The notes beneath the pieces were generated by a model. It did not search any database. It was given only the letters and a program-made list of their open reading frames with translations, and was not told the origin of the DNA. This document shows, one piece after another, positions 52,880-64,000 of a DNA stretch of 64,000 nt. A program made the position numbers and the translations under genes. Source of the stretch: Tubulanus polymorphus (lineage: Eukaryota; Animalia; Nemertea); the NCBI RefSeq assembly GCF_964204645.1, contig NC_134030.1:913355-977354 (forward strand). The letters are read 5' to 3'. The stretch's first letter is position 1; every line of letters begins with the position of its first letter.

Positions 52880-52954
52880 TGTAATACTTTAGGTGATGAA
52901 TCTCATTTCCTGTTTGACTGTACCTTACTTAATGAACCCCGCAAAAACTATTTG
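52880..52954 (+). mobile_element. Relic of a non-LTR retrotransposon ORF2 C-terminal Cys/His region
   Basis: Translates as CNTLGDESHFLFDCTLLNEPRKNYL, resembling the GDExHxLFxC motif at the 3' end of LINE ORF2; no intact ORF. Confidence 0.45.
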
Positions 52955-53096
52955 AATTTTAATACCTTTAATAATAAATACTGATTCAGAGTGGTCCAGA
53001 TGCTGATTTGAGGATGTACAGGGTTGTGCCGGGTTCGAACCCAGTAATTACTCTTACAGGACATTGAAATCGACGTGATGCCATTTTACACCGTCC

Positions 53097-53239
53097 GGTG
53101 CTGCCGCTATGCTCAACATTAGCGGATTTTTCATGCACTAACGTCAATCGACTCTGGCAATCAAGGAGAGTCTACTGCCAGAGTCAGTTCGTGTTAGTTT
53201 ATGCAAAATCCGCTAATGTCGATCATAGCGGCAGCACCG
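53097..53239. mobile_element. Foldback/MITE with ~45-bp terminal inverted repeats
   Basis: cggtgctgccgctatgctcaacattagcggatttt ... aaaatccgctaatgtcgatcatagcggcagcaccg. Confidence 0.65.
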
Positions 53240-56008
53240 TACAGCACTGTTTACTGACACCAATTCAGAGCGGTATCATCTTCACCAGTCATGGGATTCG
53301 AACCCACTACGCTAAAGCTGTTCCTCGGACTGGTGGAAGCGATGATGGAGCGGTACTGATACTAAATTGCTGTAAACTAAGGTAATTTTTCGCGTAGCAA
53401 CGGTAAGTTCATAATGCCACTGCTGTAACTCGTCACCAGCAACAACAAGACACCAATCAATCCATTCAGATATCCTCCGATTTTTCCAGACACACGGAAT
53501 TCCCTCTTGATTTTGTAATAACCGTTGAATATCTTGTTTTCACTGTGAAGGAAAACTAAAATAAGACTAAACAAAATTCCAAGTGACAGAAACTTTTTTA
53601 CTGTATATATTTTACTAAATGCTTTTCAACAAAATTGTTTCCAATTTTTGACAAAGAATGAATATTATCTGTATTTCACACATAGTAGCTGTAGTCTTTT
53701 TTTTGTAAATTCTAATTATAATTTCGTACAATCACCTCACAATCAAACAATCAATTGTTACTTCATATTATCATCGTAATATTGATTCAGTAAAATGTGC
53801 TTAGGTTGGATCTAACCCTTAAACTCCAGAGACACCTACACCACCTGGGGCTGCAGGTGTTCAAGAGTTGTTGAGAGATAACCAGTTGATGTAGTGACTT
53901 AGTGACAATTCAAATTGCATTGTAACAACGGTATTTAACCACCAGTTACCTCTAACTAACAACTGCTGCCCCGGTTCAGAGGTAACTGAATACCTCAAGA
54001 GATAACTGTTTAACTCAGAGATAACTGTTTAACTCAGAGATAACTGTTTAACTCAGAGATAACTGTTTAACTCAAGAGATAACTGTTTAACTCAAGAGAT
54101 AACCGTTATAAGTCATAGATCCAACTCGAGCAGAGTGTACTGCATTCACTACACTGGGAAGAGGTTTGAATGATCGCGTCAGGAGTTCAGGAGTTCAGGA
54201 GGGCAACAGCAAATAAAACAAAGATCTTACATAGAAATTGGTATCGTTACAACAATGCTTTAGTGTGTGTCATATATATATATACATAAATATATATATA
54301 TATATTTACAGAATGATTAAAAAAAAATTGTTAGACTTTGCGCACCTCTCTAACAACACTCCTCTGTTTAACCTCAAAGCGGTCTTCAGCGGTTCAGATA
54401 ATTTCTTAAAACTCAGTATTTGATCAAAACCCAATCTACACTTGTTCATATGAATTCAGTTTTTAAATTATTCGCACTTTTTAGCTTCATTCGTCATTGT
54501 TACATTGTTATCACTTGTCGGGGATCGTTTTTCTGAAATATTTCAAACCGATCCGATGATATCTAATTATTATAATATAAAGCCGTTATTCCTCGTCTGA
54601 TATTTACACTATATACACTGCACATTGTAGCATACACTAATACAGGGATCATCCATTTATCACATAGGTACAATATATCTATATTACACATTAGTTTTAC
54701 CCCCCCCCCCCCTTGAACACTATGTACATGATACAAACCCTTTGTATACCTTCCACCCCCTTATACAATAATGGACAATCCCTATTTATTTCACAAACCC
54801 ATTATCATGAATAATAGATTTTTTTAACGATAGCAAGGTTTTTAACTTTTTTTGGATTGAGAGATTTTTTAAAACCTCGCTTTAATAATAGCAATAATAA
54901 TAATAATATTTTTAAGAAGTTGCGGTGTTCTATGTACAAAGACCGAGATACAAGCGCGCACTATGACACCACCACGCCACTTAGTATTCATAAGAATTAA
55001 CATTTTTGTGGATGAACATGTGTCTGGAATTATACAACACACGCTTAAACCTAACTGAGGTCGCGCACGAGATCCGACCCGATCATCGGATCGTAAGGAA
55101 ACCGACAGCCAGTCGTGAATTTTCAGTCAGGAAACTTTTGCGACATCAGCGTTCTACAGACCGGATCAGATCTTAGTGCAACCTTAACTTCAATCAGGGA
55201 TCATTCATTTATTACGAACATATTAGGGTAGGGGGAGAGGGTCAGTGCAATTGTGTACTGTAATGCTTTATGTATAATAGGTTGAAAAATTCAAATTTTA
55301 TGCGTACGTAATAATGAATGATCCCCAAGATAACGCCATTAATCCGAAATAATTTGTCTTCATTCCATAAAACGATTTCTTAATTCAAAAATATACTGAA
55401 TCGATTGTAAAACATGTCACTGCTCTATCAAACCGTGCTTCATAAATGTACATTGAATCAATTGTAAAACATGTAAAAACATGTATGTGATCTATGAAAT
55501 CAGACACAGAATCGTGAGGTTCCGTTACTAGAGGTAGCTATACACGGCACGGTTAACACTAATAACAGTTCATACAACGGACTGTATTCGGTATAAATAA
55601 TAATAATAATCATATCGTTTTTTCTTCTGTTCGTTTGTTCATTCGGAGGTTCTCCGAAGAAAAAAATAATAATAATCATAATAAACCCCAATCATTTCGA
55701 AAAAACAATAATAAAGACATTACGATAAAATAATAATAATAATAATAATCAAAATTACAATTGTAATAAAGCACGAACCTATTGATAGGTTAAACACTAC
55801 CAAAGGGTAAATCCCCCTTCCCCTAACAGTAACAGGGTTTCAGTATTGCGCAAGGGCAGAGGGATTCAGAAGACCCCGTTTCCCAAGGGAGGGTATTCAG
55901 AATTCCCTGTTTCCCAAGGGAGGGGATTCAGAAACCCCTGTTTCCCGGGGGGAGGGGGATTGATTAGTATTTGTAGTAAACACACTTCAGAAATAGTTGA
56001 AATCAGTT

Positions 56009-59000
56009 TCATCTTCGGTGAAGTCTCATCACTAGATTACCACCGCTACCAGCAGCAGCAGCAGCAGCTGCCGTACCTGCAGTAACTGTGTATTCATCAT
56101 TCTGCTCATCTTCTCTTTCATCTAATATCGTCCACTCAGGGTCGTAAGGATCGTCAGTAACCGATGATGTTGATGATGTTGAAGGTAACGGTGATCCCGG
56201 GTTACTGCTCGCCGGTGTCCCTAATTTCAATTTATCCATCGTTCTCGTCGTCATGACTACCGGCATCACGTCGTCATCGGTAACCGATTTCATTTTCGTC
56301 AACTCGTCCTCCGATATCGGGAAAGTTCTAGGTTGCCACGGTAACACTTCCTCTTCGTAGAATTCGTCGTCGTTATCGGCGGCGATGAATATGGATTGTT
56401 GTCGTCCCTCGCTGGAGACGGAGCGATCGCGTCTCGGAGCTGGAGGAATCAGACCGGAGAATGAACTGCTCCGGCGACGAGTATCGTCTTTAAAAGTGAA
56501 TCCGATAGACGGAGTTTGTGGTGGCGGAGGAGACGCGACCGCGGCCGGCGTCTCAACGAAACAATCGGGCGATAACGGATCGGGGGTCGCCGTGCCGCTG
56601 TCCGTACGTGAACTACGCGCTCGCCGCAGCAAGTTCGTTTTGTACGTCATGAATCGGCGTTTCTCTTGTATTTCACAACGTAGGTGGCGCTCCGCGAACT
56701 CGATATCCGACAAATTCTCGATCTATAGAAAAATATAGAAGATATCGCGTTAAATTACAACCAGAGAAAAAAGGAATCAGGGCTTAGGCTTAAGACCAGT
56801 CTAAGACCAACTTAGTTCTATAGCTAATCTAACAACTTAAGACCGATCTTAAGATTTAAGACCACTTTTGGACTTAAGTCTCGACTATGGAACCGGCCCC
56901 AGGGTTCCAAAGTCCCTCAAGATATCCTCAGTGAGGGCTGTTTTTTTTAAGAGGTTCCTCGCACCAAAATTCAAATTCCCTGATTTTCTAGATGAGGGTC
57001 AGTTATTTCTCCGATCTATAAGAAGAAACCTTTGGAACTAGCTATAAACCGTAATGCGGACTTGTTTTTGGATACTTACGTCCTCGGTTTCCTCGATGAG
57101 TTTTTTGACGATTATTTGAGGCGTTGGTGGATTATGATTTTGAGGTTTCGGTTCGTCGTTATCAGACGTATGAACTGATTGTATCAGATTCACTTCGTCC
57201 GATGACGGTTCATCGCGTGTCAAATCTCTCCATCTAGAAATATAAATCATATTCAAATGTTACAATTCATTCATCATTTTTACATGTTGCAGACCAGCTT
57301 AGAGGCAAAAGTGAATCGAAGAAGTCGGTCGCAAGTTGATAATTTCTTTTTTAATTAGACCAGTCAAAGACCTGTATCATCTACCCAATCGCCAAATCCC
57401 ATAATTCCCCAAATTTCTTAAAACTTCGATTTCAAATTTGCAATTCCACATAAGCTATTCCCAGAAATTCTACATTTTCCAAAACTCCTGGGCCCGGTTT
57501 TATAGTCTGGTATTAACTTTAACCTAGGGGCTTACTCTATTGAAATGCATCAAGTTGACCCCCGGGTTAAAATTGATGCCAGTCTATAAAACCGTGCCCA
57601 GAGTTTTACAGGATTTTGGTGAAATTTTAATTACAATCTTTTTTTAGCTTATTATCTATATTGTCACATCTGAATGTGGCTATTCTTCTGATATCTTAGG
57701 GTAAGATATCGATATATGTGATCATAGATTGATATAGCTGATTATAGATTATTTATATATCTGATCATAAATTATTTATATATCTGACCCTATAATATTG
57801 ATATATCTGATAGTAACATTATCACAATATCTGAAGACAGTAAAATGGTGAATAAAACATTGATTTAGTTAGATAGTGAAATATTTGAGATGACGATATC
57901 GATGTATCTAAATGAATTGATATACTGAGATTGATTTATGAAACTTACTTCGGCGTTACGATTTCTTTATATTCTAGTTTAGTAACTCTAGTTGCCGCGG
58001 CGATGCTGTACGGTATAACGATATTGTTGATGTCGTAATCGCTCTCTAGGCGGCGCTTACGCATTAAATCTTTCATTTCACGCAGCATTCCGTGCGGACA
58101 GCTCTGAGACATACCGCCGCCGCCACCAGGGGGCGGTGTATCTCGAGGACTGGTTAATGTAGAACTAGACGGTGTACGTTCACGGTCGAATCGGTTGTAA
58201 GGGAATGAGAGACTGCTTCGACGTTTCTTCAGAGCTATAAATATACAATCACAACTTCAGTAATTCATCAACTTCACACGTTAAATCTGACTGTCTCGAC
58301 CCTACACCCCTCTCAGTCGGACCCTGCGTCCCCCTCAGCCTGAACCCTTCTCAGCCTGGACCCAGAACCCCTCTCAGCCTAGACCCAGAACCCCTCTCAG
58401 CCTGGACCCAACAACCCTCTCAGCCTGAACCCCTCTCAGCCTGGACCCAACACATACGTACTCTCATCCCCCAACTCAGATATCTGATACTTCATCCCCA
58501 ATCTACACCATTTGTTGATCCTGGGCTCAGTCATGGCCCAAGTGCAAAATTGATCTTAGATTTTTAGACTAGTCTCAAGTTGTTTGATTGACAATCAATT
58601 TTGATTAAATATAACTTAGGTCTTAGATCTGTGTGGCCCCAGTCTGTTCAAGGATGCAGATTTTTGTACTCGAGTGGTTCCAGTTAGCTGATTGACACAG
58701 TCTCATTTCTGTAAGATGTTCAGAACGCAGTATATAATATCTACCTGCGAGACGCGCTGCACGTTTTTTGCGTATCTCAGATCGAGATAGTTGAGATTTC
58801 TCTATTTTAGGCGATGATAACGGTCGGCCGCGTTTCCTCACTTTCCCGTCTTTATTATACTTTGTTCTGTATTTATGAGTAAGTAATGACGCAGCTGATC
58901 TCGCCGATAGTTTACCCTTAGACGTCTGGTGGTTCTTCATTTTATCATTACCGTCCGGTAATTTGTGTTTCCTACAATTGTAAATCAGTTTAATTCTTGA

Positions 59001-62000
59001 TTCAGTTGCCGTCTCCGGATATCTCTGATTTTTCTACAACATGACAGTTATTTTGACATTAAAAAAATAACTATATTATTAAAATACAGTGGAACCTTAA
59101 ACTCTGTTCTTTATAACTGATAGTTTTCTATACTAGTGAAACCATGTTACCACAAACTCCTGGGCCCGATTCCATAGTCAAGACTTACGACCTAAAGTGG
59201 TCTTAAATCTTAAGACTGGTCTTAAGTTGTTAGATTGGCTATAGAACTAAGTTGGTTTTAGACTGGTCTTAAGTCTAAGCCCTCACTATGGAACCAGCCC
59301 CTGGAGTCCGATAGTTCATTACATTCAGTGGCAAGTTAATAAAGATGTCATATTTGGGATGAAATTTTAGTAGTGACTTGTGGATAAAAGTGATTCTCAA
59401 GGGAACTCGCTGAATCAAGTTGCCCTTTGCAAATGCAACATGTGAAATCTAAATGAATTTTCCAAATATTTCCCCGATGTTAGGAAAATTTCCCAAATAT
59501 TTCCAAACTGGGAATCATTGTTTCAAAATTCCCAAGATTTCCCCGAATTCCCTGTTCAGTGGGGGAACCATGTAATGAAGTTTTAAATTACCTGTATTTT
59601 CGTTTTGGACAGTTAATTTTGATAGCGGCGCCAGCCGCGGCTGATTTCGAGATGGAATTGTGTCGGTTTTGCCATTGACCAGTTTTCATCAATGATTCCA
59701 AGTGAACACGCAACGGAATATCTAAAAACAAATTTGTCGATTAATTATCATCAGCTCGAAGGAAACTTTTCAGATTCGGGTCATTCATTTATTACGTACA
59801 CATTAGGGGAGGGGGGAGGGGGGAGGGGTCAGTGCTATTACGTACTGCATTGCTTTATGTATATGAAAAAATGGCCGATTTTTAGTACAGAGAGAAGGGA
59901 GGGGGAGTTGAACAAGCTCTGCTCACTTAGGAAGACCATTTATTTATTACGTACGCATTAGGGGAGGGGGAGGGGTCAGTGCAATTGCGTACTGTAATGC
60001 TTAATGTATATCAAAAAATGGCCGATTTCAAATTCAAATTCTATGCGTACGTAATAAATGAATAATCCGAATTCCACTTTTCTCTTTGAATTAGCGTCGG
60101 GAGACAATGTTCTAATTCTGTGAAACAGGATTTCTGATGCCTGAACACATTTTATATTAATCCAAAATCTCTTGATTAATGAGAATTTAAGGAATCAAGT
60201 CACATGAAAAAACTTCAAACGTACCTTGAGGGAATGATAGCACACGATGGAAGGAATTATCAAGCAGCGAAACTTTCTCCGCGATCGACATTGTTTCTGT
60301 ATCCATAGCGACGGTATTATTATAACGTCCGCCGCACATGACGCACGGTGCCGACAGCGGCGGGTAACAATGACATTTCACCGTTGACAACCGCGCCGAT
60401 TTCACGTTCATCTCGTGTAAACCGAACGTCCGCAATAATTTACGTTTGCGATAATTAGAAATCGGACGACATCTAGCTGCCTGTTGCCACGACGACGATG
60501 AATCCATTGTTGTCTGTTCGGGATGAGTCGTAACCAGTCCGTTAACCTGATGATGATGATGGGAGTGGTTACTGATTTTCGGACTATTTACAGGTGTCAG
60601 TAACGCCGGTAACGAATGGATCTGTTTCGACTGGTTATCTATATTGTTTAATATCGTTGCTAGGTGACACGGAGATGAGTCGGTCGGGTCGGTCTCCGTG
60701 CCCGCTGCTCTACCGGTCAGCGAGGTCAGTATCTGCGACGCCGACGGCCGCACCTGGTCCCCTAGCGTTATTGCGCCTTTAGAACTGCGGATATGTCGGT
60801 ATATATCGGTTTGTTGACGAATAAGATATTCGAGATCGGATACTTGCGCTTGTAACCAAGTCCAACGAGCAGCGACGCTCGATCTCTGCTGTTCCCATTT
60901 ATATTCAGCTCTATTAGACCTAAATTATAAAACAAATCACTCAAATACAATATCAAATACAGTAAACTTAGTTGGGACTGCTGTAAATATTTCACCGAGT
61001 TGAGAATCAGGGAACTCGGTAGCGTTTTGGGACTGCTGGAAATATTTCACCGAGTTGACAATGAGGGAACTAGATAGATTTAACTCAAATTCAAACACGC
61101 CAACACTTCGGTCTTCTGCATCAGATTTAATAACTGACAGTATTGTTGTCGTAGTTATCGTACCCTTCCCGGAAGGCATCGTGTTACGAATTAATATCAT
61201 AACGAACTAATTAATTAAACATCCTTTCATTGTGATGCATTCATATATACAGCACAGTCACTCAGTCAGAACAGGCTGTATGACGAATACTGAATGTCGA
61301 GTATATAGTCAACTATTGATTGAACTTTATTCATATATAACACTGTACACTGTACGTGATCAACTGTTCTACTTTCAATACTGAGTGATATATGTCTGAA
61401 AACTAGATTTCATTAATATACGTATTATAGCAATAAAGGCTCCTGGGGGGGGGGGGGGAAGGGGGGTTTGTATTAAATAACTTATTCAATTTATTCCGCT
61501 TATATTTCAAACGCAAAATCGTAAATTCTGGTCTAAATATGGAAACTATTTCATTGTCAAAACAATAAAGGCATAAAATGGGACATAGTCGTAAAATATA
61601 AATATTTAAAATATTTTCCAACCCTGCACTACTTGTGGTTCCCCCCTCGCGCATAAGGAGACAGTTAACTGCGTTATTCGTAAGGCTTCGCAGATGTTAC
61701 GATCAATAATCTAGGAACGCAGTATAATTCATTACGATCAACTGTTCAATATCGTCAAACAGTTGCGAAAAGACCCCAGCGATGTTTTTTAAGGGGGTAT
61801 TTTAAGGGGGACTTACTCGACCCGTTTCTCAACCCAACTCGAATCGCACACTAACAGACAGCAGTGTTCTAGAACAGTCTGATGTTATATAAGTACAATG
61901 ATATTCTAATGACCTTCAGCATTAGTACGCTAAGTATTGCGAGTGAATAGTAATACACTGTATAGTACAAACTCTAATAGTGCAGCTGGAACTGTCTCAA

Positions 62001-63731
62001 TTCTTATCTGCTACTAATTCCATTCACTACAAGGCCTTTCTAACAGTAACTGTGGCTCCTTGAGGTCATTTATCAAGTAGGCTACACACTTAAGCAGATG
62101 GTTGGTTCCATAGTCGAGACTTACGTCCAAAAGTGGTCTTAAATCTTAAGACTGGTCTTAAGCTGTAAGATCAGCTATAGAACTCAGATAGTCTTAGACT
62201 GGTCTTAAGTCTAAGCCATGACTATGGAACCGGCCACTGTTGCTTAGTCATGGCTTAGACTTAAGACCAGTCAAAGACCAACTTAGTTCTATAGCCAATC
62301 TAACAAGTTAAGACTGATCTTAAGATTTAAGACCACTTTTGGACATAAGTCACGACTGTGCAACTGACCGATGAGGATTAAGTATAAACTAACCTATGAA
62401 GGGGGGAGGGGTGAAAATTGGCCACTTTTGACAAGAAAAGGTTTCAAGGTGCAAGAAAGACAATGAGTGCGACGCCCCCTATTAACACACGCTGATACTT
62501 ACAACGAGCGATATTTCAACTGTTCGTTTTCAGCCGTGAATCTGGAGGGGATTTCCCCACTGGCGGCGGCCATGACGGGTGAATCATTGATTGAATCCTC
62601 GTCACAACTCTCTCCGCCTGAACTACTCTCGGTCGCGTCCGAATCAAATCTCGTCTCTACGCATGAGATTTTACGTTCCAGATGAAACGCTTTACGATCG
62701 ATCTCCGTACGAGTCGCCGCGTCCAGATGGATAACACTATTAGGCGGCGTCGACGGACCGGTACCGGCGAGACGTTGTTTTAAAGAGATCGCGCGGACTG
62801 CGGCAGAATTCGTCGTACGGACCGCGGCGGGCGTAGAAGTCTGTAGTTTACGAACTAAATTCACGAGCGAAGCAGTCGACATGTTTTTAATATCGTCGCT
62901 ATGCAACAATTCCGCTTTCAGCTCCGGTAAACGCTCGTTGTTGATAGATGTCGCCACCGTCGTTTCTAAGTTTCTCATTTGATCGTGAACGAACGCAGTC
63001 ATCTGATTGGTCGAATGATCGTGAACGCGACACGCTTGTAACCGGCGTAAACGTCTCAGTAAATATTGCGATCGTTTTTCCTGTTGTTTCTGACGTCGCG
63101 TCACTTCGCCTAAACGATCCTCCTGCGGCGAGCGAGGACGAGACGCCGGCGGAGGTATACGCACCGCGCGTACGCCCGAACGCTCGGTATCCACGGTAAC
63201 GCGAGAACCGCCGGCGACGTCGTCGTCGGCCGCGGCGGGAATCGAACCGGAATCGCATGGATTACGATTCGAACCGTCCGATTCACTTTCCTCGTCGTCG
63301 AGTCCCGTCGTCTGTTCGAGGTTGACGACCATTTTGTTTTCCGTATCGTGATTCGCTTCCGTTTTTTCTTCCGGCAATTTTGACGTTTGGTTTCGATGTT
63401 GATTCATACTATCGGCGTACTCACCAGGGGGCGTTGTTTGTTCGTCACCGGCGACGACCACAGCGTCCGGGAATTTCCGCACCGATTCAATATTCAACAG
63501 CGACAGCGGAGATTTCAACAATTGACCCGCGTGGTCGCTATGACGATGATGTAAAAATCCGTTGTTACGCGATAAAGAAAGTAATGTAGTTTTTGACAGC
63601 GTGCAGAGCTTTTGCATCGGAAAACACGATGTCAGCGAACGATCGTCTAGCTCACCGGTCGACTGCGCCGGGGTCGACTGAGCTGCGATCCTCTGAGAAT
63701 GAGTAGCGGCCTCCGTAAGTGCTGGAGCCAT
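56009..63731 (-). CDS. KANSL1: KAT8 regulatory NSL complex subunit 1 (KANSL1/NSL1-like), ~1144 aa. Exons 63731-62503, 60919-60225, 59721-59592, 58971-58745, 58234-57949, 57233-57080, 56722-56009
   Basis: N-terminal MAPALTEAA; [14 protein letters not shown]; [23 protein letters not shown]; AARCRP (WDR5-binding-like); FHRVLSF; [31 protein letters not shown]; [21 protein letters not shown]. An in-frame upstream ATG at 63773 is also possible. Confidence 0.93.
57490..57598. mobile_element. MITE family C
   Basis: TIR GGGCCCGGTTTTATAGTCTGG ... CCAGTCTATAAAACCGTGCCC; related copy at 49251-49340. Confidence 0.65.
59162..59300. mobile_element. MITE family B copy in a KANSL1 intron
   Basis: CTG|GGCCCGATTCCATAGTC...CACTATGGAACCAGCCC|CTG. 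Confidence 0.8.
62100..62370. mobile_element. Two MITE family B copies in inverted orientation
   Basis: 62100-62236 and 62240-62370 are near reverse complements. Confidence 0.75.
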
Positions 63732-64000
63732 ATTGGCCCGACAACATAGCCTCAATGGCAAAGGAGTGTACATAAATTCTGTGTTTCACAAATTTTGATC
63801 GTTGAGAACATTATAACTCGATCCTGTTCGGGGTTGAGCCCTGCAGGTGCTGCTGGCTCACTGCCCAAAACTCTTCTCACCGCTGTCCGATCAAACTGTC
63901 TGAAAATCCAATAATTACACATCAATCAACTATTCAAGACTTAAAGCGACAAACTGTTAATTAGGGTGTTGTTAATTGGTCATAATTAGACTCGGGGTCG

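Noticed and set aside
53025-53320. tRNA gene (GGTTCGAACCC motifs)
   Set aside because: Only isolated B-box-like fragments; no cloverleaf could be built.

Overview
AT-rich, intron-rich animal genomic DNA; the gene content and GPCR style suggest a marine invertebrate, possibly a lophotrochozoan (inference). I reconstructed six protein-coding genes from GT-AG splice sites and reading frame: (1) the 3' end of a LIV-1/ZIP (SLC39A6/10-like) zinc transporter, 555-1964 +; (2) a complete tandem paralog, 11672-28777 +, ~798 aa; (3) a coral-type catalase-like allene oxide synthase-PLAT-lipoxygenase (cAOS-LOX) fusion, 35736-44396 +, ~976 aa, whose AOS heme residues are intact while the LOX iron site looks degenerate; (4) an intronless class A GPCR nested antisense in an intron of that fusion, 36988-37977 -; (5) a CYP20-like P450, 47257-52343 +, with an unusual I-helix (NALDK in place of AGxDT); (6) KANSL1/NSL1, 63731-56009 -. 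Non-coding DNA is full of minisatellites, a pure (CTG)120 tract and MITEs with CWG target duplications. Two signals stand out. The first is a 13 x 69-bp array in CYP intron 1 in which every unit is a minimal hammerhead-ribozyme motif on the minus strand, derived from a dispersed ~165-nt retrozyme-like repeat. The second is a candidate oxylipin locus (cAOS-pseudoLOX + nested GPCR + atypical P450). A 165-bp probable gene-conversion tract also links the two ZIP paralogs. All motif comparisons are by eye and from recalled family sequences; no searches were run.
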